Numbered from the stretch's first letter, positions 25,440 through 38,626 are shown. The stretch: 64,000 nt of DNA from Octopus vulgaris (GCA_951406725.2 OX597839.1:28024001-28088000); one strand, 5' to 3'. Translations and numbers: made by a program. Notes: generated from the letters alone by a model not told the origin.

Positions 25440-25471
<32 letters not shown>

Positions 25472-25493
25472 ATATATATATATATGTATGTAA

Positions 25494-25534
<41 letters not shown>

Positions 25535-25684
25535 ATAGGCTTCGTTCAGTTTCTCCACTCACAAAGCTTTGGTCAGCCTGAGGCTATAGTAAAAGACACT
25601 TGCCCAAGGTGTCATGCAGTGGGACTGAACCCGTAACCATGTGATTGGGAAGCAAGCTACTTACCACACAGCCACCCCTGCACC
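25248..25684 (-). mobile_element. OK-like SINE
   Basis: Similarity to 781-1182; expanded internal TA tract. Confidence 0.8.
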
Positions 25685-25974
25685 ATTCCAACTTTTATAA
25701 AATAAATGGCAATCAAGAAATAAAATCAAGCAATTGATTAATGTGACTAATACTACTACTACTAAACACACACACACACACACACACAACTCATTACCCC
25801 TCGTTACCCTTGTTATGCTCAACCCACTAATAACAAGCTCTCTCTGCATTATACCGAGGACCAGATCTGTATTATGTGAAGGTGATCAACTGGACTGGGT
25901 TACTATGGTCTTATTCAATCCGGTCGCCATATTCCACTGTGATCGTTACATGACAACAATGTTTATAATCATCA

Positions 25975-26322
25975 TCGAATTGAACCAGCCAGGACCCCTG
26001 GACTGGTGGTACGTAAAAAGCACTATCCGACTCGTGGCCGATGCCAGCGCCACCTCAACTGGCTTCCGTGCCGGTGGCACGTAAAATGCACCAATCCGAC
26101 CGTGGCCGTTGCCAGCCTCGCCTGGCACCAGTGCAGGTGGCACGTAAAAAGCACCCACTACACTCACGGAGTGGTTGGCGTTAGGAAGGGCATCCAGCTG
26201 TAGAAACATTGCCAGATAAGACTGGAGCCTGGTGCAGCCTTCTGGCTTCCCAGATCCCCTGTCGAACCATCCAACCCATGCTAGCATGGAAAAACGGACG
26301 CTAAATGATGATGATGATGATG
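25975..26322 (+). mobile_element. RTE 3' UTR fragment
   Basis: Subrepeats and (GAT)n tail. Confidence 0.75.
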
Positions 26323-26620
26323 TTGTAACCACAGAAGCAGCTACAGCAGCAGCCATGTGGTTAGAATTCCACAACAAGGTGGTACCAAGAAGTTCCAGGA
26401 TAATTTAGGTTTAATAAAAAAATAACTTATTTCCCTTAGTTTTAACATCATCTCCTTCGAAACAGTCACCTTGCACAACAATATACTAGTCTCTGTGTTT
26501 CTGGCTCTTTTGGAAACTGGCCTGGAAGTTGTTTTTGTGAGGGGGTTAAGGACCCTTCTGCGATTCACTCTGGATCTTGGCAACAGTGTTAATATGGCAA
26601 CTTTTGAGCAGCATTTTCCT

Positions 26621-27040
26621 CTTATTTCTTTATTGCCCACAAGGGGCTAAACATAGAAGGGACAAACAAGAACAGACAAAGGGATTAAATCAGTTACATC
26701 AACCCCAGTGCATAACTGGTATTTAATTTATCAACCACGAAAGGATGAAAGGCAAAGTTGACCTTAGTGGAATTTGAACTCAGAACATAACGGTAGACGA
26801 AATACTTATTTCTTTACTACCCACAAGGGGCTAAACACAGAGGGGACGAACAAGGACAGACAAAGGGATTAAGTCGATTATAATCGACCCTAGTGCGTAA
26901 CTGGTACTTATTTAATCAACCCCAAAACGAGGAAAGGCAAAGTTGACCTCGGCGGAATTTGAACTCAGAACGTAACAGCAGACGAAATATGATTACGCAT
27001 TTCGCCCGGCGTGCTAACGATTCTGCCAGCTCACCGCCTT
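26621..27040 (-). mobile_element. SINE D dimer inserted in the mariner
   Basis: Same architecture as 16116-16537. Confidence 0.85.
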
Positions 27041-27249
27041 CATCTTGCAAAAGAGATGGAAGTCTGCAGGTGCTAAATCTGGTGAATAGGTCAGGTGCAG
27101 AAGTGGTGCCATGTTGTTCTTTGGTGAGAAATTCACGAGCTAGGAGAGCTCAATGACAGGGTGCTTTGTGCTCTTGAAGAGTCCAATTCTTCATGCTCCA
27201 CTGATCCGGTTGCTTCCGCTGAATGTCCTCCCTCAAACACTTCATAATA

Positions 27250-27507
27250 TTACAGTAGAAGTCTCAATTGACAGTCTTGCCCTGGGGGACAAGTTCTCAA
27301 TGCACAATACCACATTTCTGGGGGTGGGGTGATGCTCATGGCAGGTCTTCTAGGTCGCTCATCATCTTGCAGGTATGTTCTTCCACTTTTGAAGCACCTG
27401 TGCCACTCAAAACACTGCATACGACCCATTGCCTCATCACCATAAACTTGCTGAAGCAGGCTCAATGTCTCTGTAGCAGACTTCCCAAGTTTGACACAGA
27501 ATTTCAT
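27250..27507 (-). pseudogene. mariner (Mos1-like) transposase N-terminal HTH remnant
   Basis: MKFCVKLGKSATETLSLLQQVYGDEAMGRMQCFEWHRCFKSGRTYLQDDERPRRP matches the mariner HTH and D.RSGRP pattern; further fragments (YSPDLAP-like) near 27080-27100. Confidence 0.85.
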
Positions 27508-27562
27508 GTTGGTTCCTTGTTCCTGTCCATCACAAAAATCACAGACTACAACATAGATGTGA

Positions 27563-27946
27563 TGGAAGCACTCCGTCGGTTACGACGACGAGGGCTCCGG
27601 TTGACCCGATCAACGGAACAGCCTGCTCTTGAAATTACCATGTAAGTGGCTGAGCACTCCACAGACACGTGTACCCTTAACGCAGTTCTCGGGGATATTC
27701 AGCGTGACACAGAGAGTGACAAGGCCGGCCCTTTGAAATACAGGTACAACAGAAACAGGAAGTAAGAGTGAGAGAAAGTTGTGGTGAAAGAGTACAGCAG
27801 GGATCACCACCATCCCCTGCCGGAGCCTCATGGAGCTTTAGGTGTTTTCGCTCAATAAACACACACAACGCCTGGTCTGGGAATCGAAACCGCGATCCTA
27901 CGACCGCGAGTCCGCTGCCCTAACCACTGGGCCATTGTGCCTCCAC
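27563..27946 (-). mobile_element. OR1-like SINE with 15-bp TSD
   Basis: ACAA(C/T)ATAGATGTGA at 27548-27562 and 27947-27961. Confidence 0.9.
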
Positions 27947-28231
27947 ACAATATAGATGTGATCACCAGAACACAAATTTCACAACTTGCAAAGTAAACAC
28001 AGCAATGTCACTCAGCACACTTCTGCCTCATGAAGGTCACTGCTAGCTCTCACTGTGCATGCAACCGTGTGCTGCCATCTGTTGGCATGCTACAGAACTA
28101 GTTCAGGAAGATATTGATACCACCTCATATGTAACTATATGGTTCCTAGTTCAATCCCACTGCACAGCACGTTGAGTTATTTTTCAAAGTGATCTCATGA
28201 AAAAGTTCTGAGGTCCCACATTATGGCGGCA

Positions 28232-28466
28232 GTGGTGGTGGTGGTGATGGTGACAGCGTAGGTGCTAGTTGCGGCAGCAGTAGTGGTGGTGATGCTATTA
28301 CTGATGCGGTGGTGGTGGTAGTGGTGATGGTGACAGCGTAGGTGCTAGTTGCGGCGGCAGTAGTGGTGGTGATGCTATTACTGATGCGGTGGTGGTGGTA
28401 GTGGTGATGGTGACAGCGTAGGTGCTAGTTGCGGCAGCAGTAGTGGTGGTGATGCTATTACTGATG
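28232..28466. repeat. 80-bp tandem repeat, 3 copies
   Basis: TGACAGCGTA at 28251, 28331 and 28411. Confidence 0.9.
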
Positions 28467-29232
28467 ACGTGATAGACAAGGCGGCAGTGGTGGTCATGGT
28501 GGTGGTGGTGAGGATGACGATTGCAACGCTGCAGCTGCGGTTGTAGCAAATAACAAAGAAATAAAAGACATCTAATTAATTAATTGCTTCTCCACCTCTC
28601 AAGCCCCCTCCCCCCCATTCCTCCCCTCCACTCCACTCCATCATATCTTCCCCCTGGGGTGTCTACTTGTCTGACATACTTCTTACGAGTGGGGGGCAAC
28701 GGCGGCGGCCCCGGGGTGGAGGGAGCCTTTATATATATCGTTTGCTGAATCCGCTATAAATAGCAGCTAAACATCCCTTAAATCACAAACTACAGTTTTT
28801 AAATTGTATGGAAAAAAAACAGAGTCACATCAACACATGCATTCATGGGTATCCTTGAAAAGACTGGATGGCCACGAATGGAATGGCTAAACAACAACTT
28901 ATGAGTGGGAGGCTTTATATATTTATTTATTTATTTATGTTGCATTTTATCTGACATTGTTGTAACCCCAGGTCACCCTTAAGTGCCACTTCCTACTCTG
29001 CCACTAGAGAGACTAATTACACATCTGTCAGAATCTCTTTTTGTCAGGAGCCCTACGTCACCCACCCCACCCCCACCCCGGTCGTGCCCACCCATCCTCT
29101 TATTCATTCCCTCATTTCTTTTATTTATTATAGTTAACTGCACCCACATACACACCTACATGCATACCCTGGCACACATAGACATACCTATGCACACACA
29201 CACACACACATATCTATATAGATATCTATCTA

Positions 29233-29282
<50 letters not shown>

Positions 29283-29394
29283 TACACACATACATACATA
29301 CATACATACCTACATATATATATATATATGTACATACATATATATATATATATACATATATACACATACATACATATATCTATATAGATATCTA

Positions 29395-29450
<56 letters not shown>

Positions 29451-29545
29451 TACACACATACATACATACATATAGATAGATGGATATATATATATGTACA
29501 TACACACACATATATATATATACATATATACACATACATATATAC

Positions 29546-29617
<72 letters not shown>

Positions 29618-29999
29618 ATGTGTATGTATGTATGTATGTATGTATGTATATATATATATCCTTCCTCGTGCTCAGACAATTGCTGTTTTTCTTTAATTAT
29701 CAGAAGTATTTCCTCCACCTTTGTTGTCTATTGTTTTGTTTTTTTGTTTGTTTTGTTTTGTTTTGTTTTGTTTCTTTTTTCAAAGCAGGAAGAGTTTCTA
29801 GTACAGGAGTGGATTTATATTCACATAATGCCCTAATTCTCTGAAAGTGTGTTTTGAGGAACCCCCCCCCCCCGACATTCCATCAACAAAATCTGAACTC
29901 CCATATACATATATGTGTGTGTGTGTCTGTCTGTCTGTTTCTCCCCCCCCATCCCCCCTTTATTCGTGCATTTATCCTACGTTTTTAAAGTCATGTTCA

Positions 30000-30385
30000 T
30001 TGCCACTTGAACATAACTGTTCCGCAGGAAGCCATGTTACTACCATTGTAACCTTGGGAGAACGCCTCCCCCAGCTGGTTATTTGAAGCAACCTGCACCT
30101 GATATATATTTCAAGCAGGGGAGCGAACCCCTACAAATCTTCCAGCGACAGGACCACCAGACTGTACAGTTTCAACCTCTTTGTGCTCATCCTCAGTGGT
30201 GGATAGTCGTTCGCTATTGTTATGGAGTTACATGTAATTTGAACCAGTCCCTCGGGTGCTAAATACTCATAGGGGTGGTTTTCTCTGTGTACACAACTGA
30301 AGTATCCTATCTGATATTTTGATTCTCACCAACCATAGCCAGGACCACATAAATTATTCAACCCTACCTGACGCATAGCTTTTCT
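30000..30385 (-). mobile_element. Second hammerhead-bearing element, diverged relative of 14910-15324
   Basis: Hammerhead at 30154-30202 plus an ~85-nt 3' motif alignable to 15236-15320; upstream boundary approximate. Confidence 0.6.
30154..30202 (-). ncRNA. Type I hammerhead ribozyme motif, canonical core, decayed stem II
   Basis: Minus strand CCACCA-CTGAGGA-TGAGCACAAAGAGGTT-GAAA-CTGTACAG-TC-TGGTGG. Confidence 0.75.
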
Positions 30386-30734
30386 AGTACCTGATTCTAT
30401 TGAAATCCTCATCTTAATTCTTATGTATGTATGTATGTATATAAACTTTTATGTATATTTAGCAGAAGCAACAGAGTGACTCGAGGGCCAAGAGTTTTAT
30501 CTGTACATACAGGCATCTCCTTTATGGTCATGCCCCACCCAAGAGGTCTTTGTCTTGCAAATGCTGGTGGTGCACCAAATTCACTCATGCCAGTGCTGCA
30601 TGAGTGCATATACATACGTACATACATACATCCATGCATACATACATATATATACAAGTGCAGGTTGTGTGGTTAAGAAGTCTACTTTGGAACCTTATAT
30701 ATGCATCAGCCAAAGAATATTTCACAATAGAATT

Positions 30735-31165
30735 CCCAAAATGGAATAAATTTGAGTTCTGTAAGGTAAAGAGGGTGCCAGCATTTTGGATGAGGCATTA
30801 CATGGAAGAATTAAGCATTTAGAATCTCTTATCTTTTTGGCACACATTTTGCCAAAACGGAATAAATTTGTTGTGTTTGTTAAAGAGGGTCCCAGTATTT
30901 TGGGTGAGGCTCTACATGGCAAATTGAAATATGAGGAATCTCATATCTTTTTGGCACACTTATTCCCAGAACAGAATAAATTTGGGTGCTGCAAGGAAGG
31001 AGGGTCCCAACATTTTGGGTGAGGCCCCTACATGGCAGAATGGAAAATGAGGAATCTCTTATCTTTTCTGCACACTTATTTCCAAAATGGATTCCGGTAT
31101 CTTGGGTGAGACCCTACATGGAAGAAGAACAAAACATTAGGAATCCCTTATCTTCTCAACACACT
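30735..31165. repeat. ~115-bp diverged minisatellite, about 3.7 copies
   Basis: Recurring GAATAAATTTG...TACATGG...GAATCTCTTATCTTTT. Confidence 0.85.
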
Positions 31166-31603
31166 TGTTTTTTTTATTTGGAATTTATTTAACTGCTTGT
31201 TTGTTTATTTGTTTTTTAAGATGCAAATTCTGAATGCTAGTTGTCTTGAATTCAAGTGTTTTCCTTCACCACTTCCACACACACTTGCTCACACACACAC
31301 ACACTCCTACACAGTCACAAGTTTTCTGTCATCTTTAGAAACGAGGACATTATGTTTGTAAGTGTTAAATTTCAAAACAGTTTGCCATCAGAAAAGATTG
31401 AATGTTGCCCTCGTTTCAACTGCTTCATTTCTTTAAACAAATGGCACCAGAAACATATACGAACTCTACACGATTCCCCATTTACCATTTACCATTCCTC
31501 TTGCAATCCTTCACTTCTCATGCTGCCAACCTATTGTCATTTTTCTTATTTTATTTATATTTTTGAAATTGCAGAAGAATTTCACCCAAATCTGCGCATT
31601 AGC

Positions 31604-32320
31604 TTAACTCTTTGGCATTCAAACAATTCCATTAAAGGCAATGTTTATTTATTCACATTGTTTTCAAATTAATCCTGCATTATCTTGTAACTTTGAGATT
31701 TTGGTGTCATGGTTGTTTATTATTAGAATGACATTGATGGGTAGGTGTGAGAGGTTGGATCTGGCAGAGCAGGTTTCATTCTTTAGCATCCGGATTATCC
31801 TGTCAAATGTAATGCTTGTTTGTCAACATTGTTTTGAATTAATCCTGCTTTAGCTCATAGCTTTGAGATTTCAATGATGTGATTATTTATTTTTAGAAAG
31901 ACATTGTAGGGCGAGTGTGAGAAGCTGGATCTAGCTGGTCTGAACACAAAAACAGAAGATTTGGGCCCCGGGCATGGCTAGTTTAACCCTTTAGCATTCA
32001 GATTACTCTGGCAAATGTTATGGTTATTTATCGACATTGTTTACTTTTAGAATGGCATTGTAGGATAGGTGTGAAAGGTTAGATCTGACCAATTTGAGCA
32101 TAAAACAGGCAAAATATTTGGGGTCAGATATGCCCTTTAGCATTCAGATTCCTCTCTCAAATGTTATGCCTATTCATTCACATTGTTTTGAATTAATCAT
32201 GCTTAATCTTGTAGCTTTGAGATTTCAATGATGGGATTGTTTACTTTCAGGATGATATTGCAGGGTAGGTGCAAGAGGCAAGATGTGACTAGTTTGAGTA
32301 TAAAACATGTAGAATATTTA
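31604..32320 (+). mobile_element. Tandem array of four piggyBac-type MITE units
   Basis: Units start near 31604, 31781, 31983 and 32133 with CTTT(A/G)GCAT; homologous to the monomer at 37339-37566. Confidence 0.75.
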
Positions 32321-32335
32321 ATATATGTATATATA

Positions 32336-33025
32336 GATGCAGGAGTGGCTGTGTGGTAAGTAGCTTGCTTACCAGCCACATGGTTCCAGGTTCAGTCCCA
32401 CTGCGTGTCATCTTGGGCAAGTGTCTTCTACTATAGCCTCAGGCCAACCAAAGCCTTGTGAGTGGATTTGGTAGAAGGAGAATGAAAGAAGGTCACTGTG
32501 TGTGTGTGTGTGTGTGTGTGTGATGTGCATCCGTGTGTATGGTGTGTGCGTCTGTGTGTGCATGTGTAGTGTGTTGTGTGTGTGCATATGTGTGGTGTGT
32601 ATGTGTAGTGTGTGTGTTGCGGTGTGTGTGTGCATATGTGTGTGTGTGGTGTATGTCTGTGTGTGGTGTGTCTGATGTTGTGTGTGTGTGTATGGTGTAT
32701 GTGTGTGTGTCTGTGTGTGGTGTGTCTGATGTTGTGTGTGTGTAGTGTGTATGTGTGGTGTTTTATGTGTGTGTGTATGGTGTATTGTGTATGTGGTGAG
32801 TGTGATGTTGTGTGTGTCATCCTTGTCTTGATATCACATGACAGCCGTAAGTGAGCAATCGCCATCATACAAGCAGTGCCATTTGTCTCCAATCTTCCTT
32901 GTCCAGCCACAAGAAAATACTACCTTACTCGGAAACAGTCAAGGGTTGGCAACAGAAAGGTCTTCCTTAACAAAGTCTGTTGTCTGACCCATGCAAGCAT
33001 GGAAAAGTGGACGTTAATATGACAA
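32336..33025 (+). mobile_element. OK-head SINE with expanded TG tract and RTE-type tail
   Basis: OK head 32336-32495; tail ends ACCCATGCAAGCATGGAAAAGTGGACGTTAA; the same 3' half recurs at about 37000-37230. Confidence 0.65.
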
Positions 33026-33040
33026 CGAGACAGATAACCT

Positions 33041-33366
33041 GGCACTCCGTCGGTTACGACGATGAGGGTTCCAGTTGATCCGATCAATGGAACAGCGTGC
33101 TCGTGAAATTAACACGCAAGTGGCTGAGCGCTCCACAGACACACATACCCTTAAAGTAGTTCTCAGGAAGGTTCAGTATGGCACAGAACGTGACAAGGCT
33201 GGCCCCTTTTTAATTACAGGTACTGCTCATTTTAGCCAGCTGAGTGGACTGGAGCAACGTGGGGAATAAATTGTCTTGCTCAAGGCTACAATGCGCCGCT
33301 AGGAATTGAAATCACAATCGTAAGGTTGTGAGCCAAATGCCCTAGCCACTAAGCCATGCACCTTCA
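33041..33366 (-). mobile_element. CORE-like SINE with OR1-type tail
   Basis: Sister copies at 57760-58070 and 63481-63812. Confidence 0.75.
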
Positions 33367-33399
33367 CTATGAGACAGGTAGACAAACAGACAGACAGAC

Positions 33400-33660
33400 G
33401 GACGGACGGATGGATGGATGGATGGAGGGAGGGATGGATGGATGGTTGGATGGATGGATGGATGGATGGATGGTTGGATGGATGGATGGATGGATGGATG
33501 GATGGTTGGATGGATGGATGGATGGTTGGATGGATGGATGGATGGATGGATGGATGGATGGATGGATGGATGGATGGATGGATGGATGGATGGATGGATG
33601 GAGAGAGATAGATTGAAGGAAAGAAGGATGGATTGATGGATGGATGGATGAATGGATGGA
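33400..33660. repeat. (GGAT)n microsatellite
   Basis: Direct inspection. Confidence 0.95.
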
Positions 33661-34734
33661 GAGACAGACAGACAGATAGGTAGGTAATGTGTGTGTGTGT
33701 GTGTATGCAAGTATACACCCCTCTTATGATATATATTTGCATCCCTCTGGCCTAAAACATATTTAATCATTCAGTGACATTTTTTCCCACAAAGTCAGTT
33801 CTCAGTTGGATTTTTCTAGGAGCCAGATGTGGCCCCTTTTCTCAGCAGCTTCTGTTAGACAAACATTTTGCCTGTAACTCGATCTGCCCAGTCAACAACA
33901 AACATTACAAAATCAAAGACGGGGCTTTTCTTTCGGTGTGGGAGGGAGGTGGTGTGGGTTTGGAACAAGCAGGCAAGCCCCGTGTTTGATGTTTTCTTAC
34001 TCTTGTCCTTAATCTAACACATACTTGTTAATTGGCAAAAAAAAAAAAATTAAAAAATATAATAAAAAAACATGACAAAAAATTAAGAAAGGCAAAATAA
34101 GTAAATTTTCAAGCACTTCTTTCCTCTCTGAATGGGGTGAGATCTGCGACAAGTTTATATTCTGTAAAACATTTGTTTGTTTTTGTGTCCAATTTTGCCA
34201 AAAACAGCTGGTAGAGCTTGGTACAATCCCCTGGCTTGCCAGCTTCTGTCAAACCATCCACCATATCATGCTACCTGGAAAGTTGATGAGTGAATGAGTT
34301 GAGTTAACATTGCTTGAATAGATGTGGGTAAGGGCTGGGTTAACAAGGATCGGATTCATGAGAAACCCCAAGTGCAAATCCTCACTGCCTTGGGAAAGGT
34401 AAAGTCAGGGGAGTCAATCCTGACAGCAAATTAAGCAATGGATACCATTCTGGCAACTCTAAGGTAGGTGGAGCTCTCCAGCCCTGTAAGACAATCCACA
34501 TGGGAGAAGGCCACTCTAATGTAGAACCTATAGTTTGTTGGTCACCACAGGTGTCTCAGCCTGCTGAGCCTCTCTGGTCAGGCTCCAAGTCTAAAGAGAG
34601 TCAGATCGGATTGTGTGGACTGGCTCTTTTCTGCAGGCCAGAAGAAAAGCCTTACAGCATCAAGGATCAATTTATATGGGCCCTTGTGGGGAATGTTGCT
34701 CTCTTTCATGATCTTCGGACATGAAGAAACTACC

Positions 34735-35225
34735 ATCATCATCATTGTTTAACATCTGCTTTCCATGCTGGCATGGGTTGGACGGTTTGACTGAGGACTG
34801 GCGAACCAGATGGCTGCACAAGGCTCCAATCTGATCGGGCAAAGTTTCTACAGCTGGATGCCCTTCCTAACGCCAACCACTCTGAGAGTGTAGTGGGTGC
34901 TTTTACGTGACACCAGCACGAGAGCCAGTCAGGCAGTACTGACAGCGGCCACACTGAAATGGTGCTTTTTATGTGCCACCTGCACAGGAGCCAGTCCAGC
35001 GGCCCTGTCAACGACCTTGCTCGAATGTTTTTTTCACATGCCACCAACACAAGTGCCAGTAAGGCAACACAGGTAACGATCACACTCGAATGGGGCTTTT
35101 TACATGCCATCAGCACGGAGGCCGGCTTGTTGCTCTGGCAACGATCTCACTCGTATGGTACTCTTAGCGCTTTACTAGCACAGATGCCAGTCATCGAATT
35201 TGATTTCGATTTCACTTGCCTCAGC
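34735..35225 (-). mobile_element. RTE 3' UTR fragment
   Basis: Collinear with 4666-5100. Confidence 0.8.
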
Positions 35226-35378
35226 CCATCTTGTAATCAATAATGTAATTGGTTATAGGTCATAATGGCTATCACTGGTTCTTAACCTTTATGACAGTAT
35301 GAATGATAAGGGATTGTCTGTGTCAATTGGGCAGAACAAATATTGCAGAGGACTTCTTTGTAACACTCTAGTTTATTT

Positions 35379-35637
35379 GGCAGGGGATGGTGGTGATCCC
35401 TGCTGTACTCTTTCACCACAACTTTCTCTCACTCTTACTTCCTGTTTCTGTTGTACCTGTATTTCAAAGGGCCGGCCTTGTTACTCTCTGTGTCACACTG
35501 AATATCCCCGAGAACTACGTTAAGGGTACACATGTCTGTGGAGTGCTCAGCCACTTACACGTTAATTTCACGAGCAGGCTGTTCCGTTGATCGGATCAAC
35601 CGGAACCCTCATCGTCGTAACCGACGGAGTGCTTCCA
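35379..35637 (+). mobile_element. OR1-like SINE, 5'-truncated
   Basis: Near-identical to the 3' part of 22541-22925. Confidence 0.85.
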
Positions 35638-36032
35638 AAAGTTTATTTAAGGTTGTGGGAAGGGGCGTTCTCTCACAGAACTTTACATCATTCCTTGATT
35701 GCATTTTGGATTCATTACATTATGTTACACTTTTTTTTCTCACTTAAAGATTTGTTATATTTGTCTTCTAAGACAATTCCATTTACATCTGACGTGAGAG
35801 ACACGTTAGATGTGAGTGGAATTAGTTTAGAGAGACAGAACGGTGCCAATCAAGCCGAACCGTCAGCACACCAGGCAAAGTGCTCTGCGCCGTTTCATCC
35901 ATCCATACTTTATCTTCTGGGTTTGAATTCCGCTGAGGTCAACTTTGCCTTTCATCCTTTTGAGGTCGATAAATTAAGTACCAGTGAAATACTGAGGTTG
36001 TTGTAATGTTTTAGGCCAGAGGGCTGCATATG

Positions 36033-36091
<59 letters not shown>

Positions 36092-37338
36092 GCATACATA
36101 CAAACATATATGTACGTACCTACATCTACATGTATATATACATGCATATATAAGTAAATATACGCGAGTACAATATATTGTGGAGGGGTTAAGGTGATTG
36201 CATCAACCCCAGTGTTTAACTGGTACTTATTTTATCAACTCCAAAAAGATGGAAAGCAAAGACAGTCTTAGTGGAATTTGAACTCAGAATGTAAAGATGG
36301 ATGAAACATTGTTAAGTATTTTCCCCAATTTGTTAATTATTCTACCAGCGCACCACCTTAATTGTTGACTAAATATTGCTAAGAATTCTGTCCAATGTTC
36401 CAACAACTCTACCAATCCCTTGTTGCGTTCTCAACCAGGTTAGTTTGTTTTCTGATTTTTACTTAGAATTTAAGATCTGAAGACAAGAAAAAAGAACAAG
36501 AAAAAGAATCTGCCAAAGTCTAAAATGATTCTGCTTTGGAAGCAGTGACTCATCTTCAGATTTAATAAACTGAGATTGACCTGAAACTGGATGGGGGTGG
36601 GATGGGGGGGAGAAAGAGAGGGAAGGTAGGAAGAAAAGCAAAAAAAAAGAAAAATAATAATAATAAAAATTGTTCAGCTGGTAATTAACTGACATTGAAA
36701 CCTTCACAGAAAGGTTTAATTTACCATTTTCACACCTTCCACTCCCACGAATCTCTTGGATTCCTTCTGATGCATGTGTATGGAGTCGAGCAAAAATATT
36801 ACAAGAATTTTCCAGATAACACGATAGAGAAAAAAAAATATATACAGAATAGGTGAAGGGGGAGAAAAGGAGAGACAGGAACTGGTTTAAAGATGGGGGG
36901 AAGACAAGTCAGAAATGGGACAGGGAACAGCCCCAGATTAAAGCATTGAAGCACATGTTTAGAACACCAAAGAAAGGGAGCACCATAAGGTTTCTCTTTC
37001 ATCTGTGTCTGTGTGTGTGGTTCCCTTGTTTTGATATTGTGTAATGTTTGTAAATGAGTGTCCCTGTTAAACAAGCGGTGTCTTCCGTTTCTGATCTTCT
37101 GGGAAAACATATCCAGCTGTGAGAAAGTACAACCTTGCTTGGAAACAGGTGAAGACATTTGACCATAGCAAATCTGCTGCAATAAATTCTGTCCAACCCA
37201 TGCAAGCATGGAAAAGTGGATGTTAAAATGAAACAAAGATGACATTAGCAATTCCCAAAACTGGAGTCCATCGGTTGAGTTCAGAATTTGTTGGTTTGAC
37301 AGACCTTTCAAAAGGTTGGTGTCTGTGGAAAAATTCAT

Positions 37339-37566
37339 TTAACCCTTTAGCGTTCAAATTAATATGTCAGAAGTAATCCTTATTCATTTACATTTTAAAA
37401 AATTTATTTGATATTATCTTGTAGCTTCAAGATTTGAAAGATGTAATTGTTTATTTTTAGAATAACATTGCAGGGTAGGTGTGAGATGCTGGTTCTGGTC
37501 AGTTTGAGCATAAAATGAGTAGAATATTCGGGCCGGATATAGCCGGTTTAAACACTAAAGGGTTAA
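37339..37566 (+). mobile_element. piggyBac-type MITE
   Basis: TTAA|CCCTTTAG...CTAAAGGG|TTAA. Confidence 0.85.
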
Positions 37567-38299
37567 AGAGGGTCTGTTGAAACGAAAAGGTTGGTTACCG
37601 GTTGTCTATTTTATCCTATTTTTTTCCTCTGTTTTTAAAGATGCTAAGGCATGACATTAAACTGCATCCAGTGGTAAGGCTCCAGCTGGGGTATTCTGAA
37701 AATTTGGGGAGCATGAAGTCACCCCTTAATTACTTTTACTCTCAGGTGTGTGTTTGGAATCCTGTCTATGAACTAAATAGATTTTTGTAAAGGTAGATTG
37801 AGCTCCTTAGCTGCAGTGAAAGCAATCAATCTAGAAGGAAATTAATACCCTCATTCCTCATCCAACACACCTGAAGCCAGGACAGAAGAATATGGCTGAT
37901 GACACTAACATCAGGTATGGCCAATAATACAGATTCATCATGTTCAACCATTAATCCCTATACATTTTTCTTCCTCTCCATCCTTTCTGTCGAAGAGCAT
38001 ATGCTCAAAACATCCAAAACTTTTTCATTCTTTTCAAGCATTAAACTAATACACCTGTTCGTTGTTCCTTCACCTGTCTTCATCTTTTGTTTTCTGTAAA
38101 TTTGAACCCAATCTAGGTTCATACTATGGCAGTAACTATCTCGTGTTACTGCACACGTTTTCATGCTCAGAATTGCTGCAGCATGGACTGAACTACCTGC
38201 ATCAGTTGTCAGCTGTTGAAACGATACTGCATCCTTCAGAACTTCCATGCTTCCTGAAACTCACCAACAGTACACCTGACGCTCCATATCCCCATTTTT

Positions 38300-38626
38300 G
38301 TTCAGTCCCACCCCATGGTACCTTGGGCAATTGTCTTCTATTCTAGTCTTGGGCCAACCAAAGCCTTGTGAGTGGACTTGGTAGACGGAAACTGAAAGAA
38401 GCCCGTCGTATGTGTGAGTATCTTTGTGTGTGTTTGTCCCCCACCACCGCTCGACAACCAATGTTGGTGTGTTTACAACCCCATAACCTAGCAGTTCAAC
38501 AAAACAGACCAATAGAATAAGTACCAGGGTTTTTAAAATATAAGTTCTGGGGTCGATTCATTCGACTAAAGATTCTTCTAGGCAGTGCCCCAGCATGACA
38601 GGAGTCTAGTGACTAAAGTAAGTAAA
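38300..38626 (+). mobile_element. OK-like SINE, 5'-truncated
   Basis: Similarity to 781-1182. Confidence 0.8.

Larger units (their letters stand above)
26375..28127 (-). mobile_element. Decayed mariner transposon with internal deletion and two SINE insertions
   Basis: TIRs CAAGGTGGTACCAAGAAGTTCC / GGAAGATATTGATACCACCTCA; transposase remnants on the minus strand. Confidence 0.85.

Noticed and set aside
34380-34730. Possible RTE 5' UTR with HDV-like ribozyme
   Set aside because: Only a vague resemblance; I could not build the nested double pseudoknot by eye.
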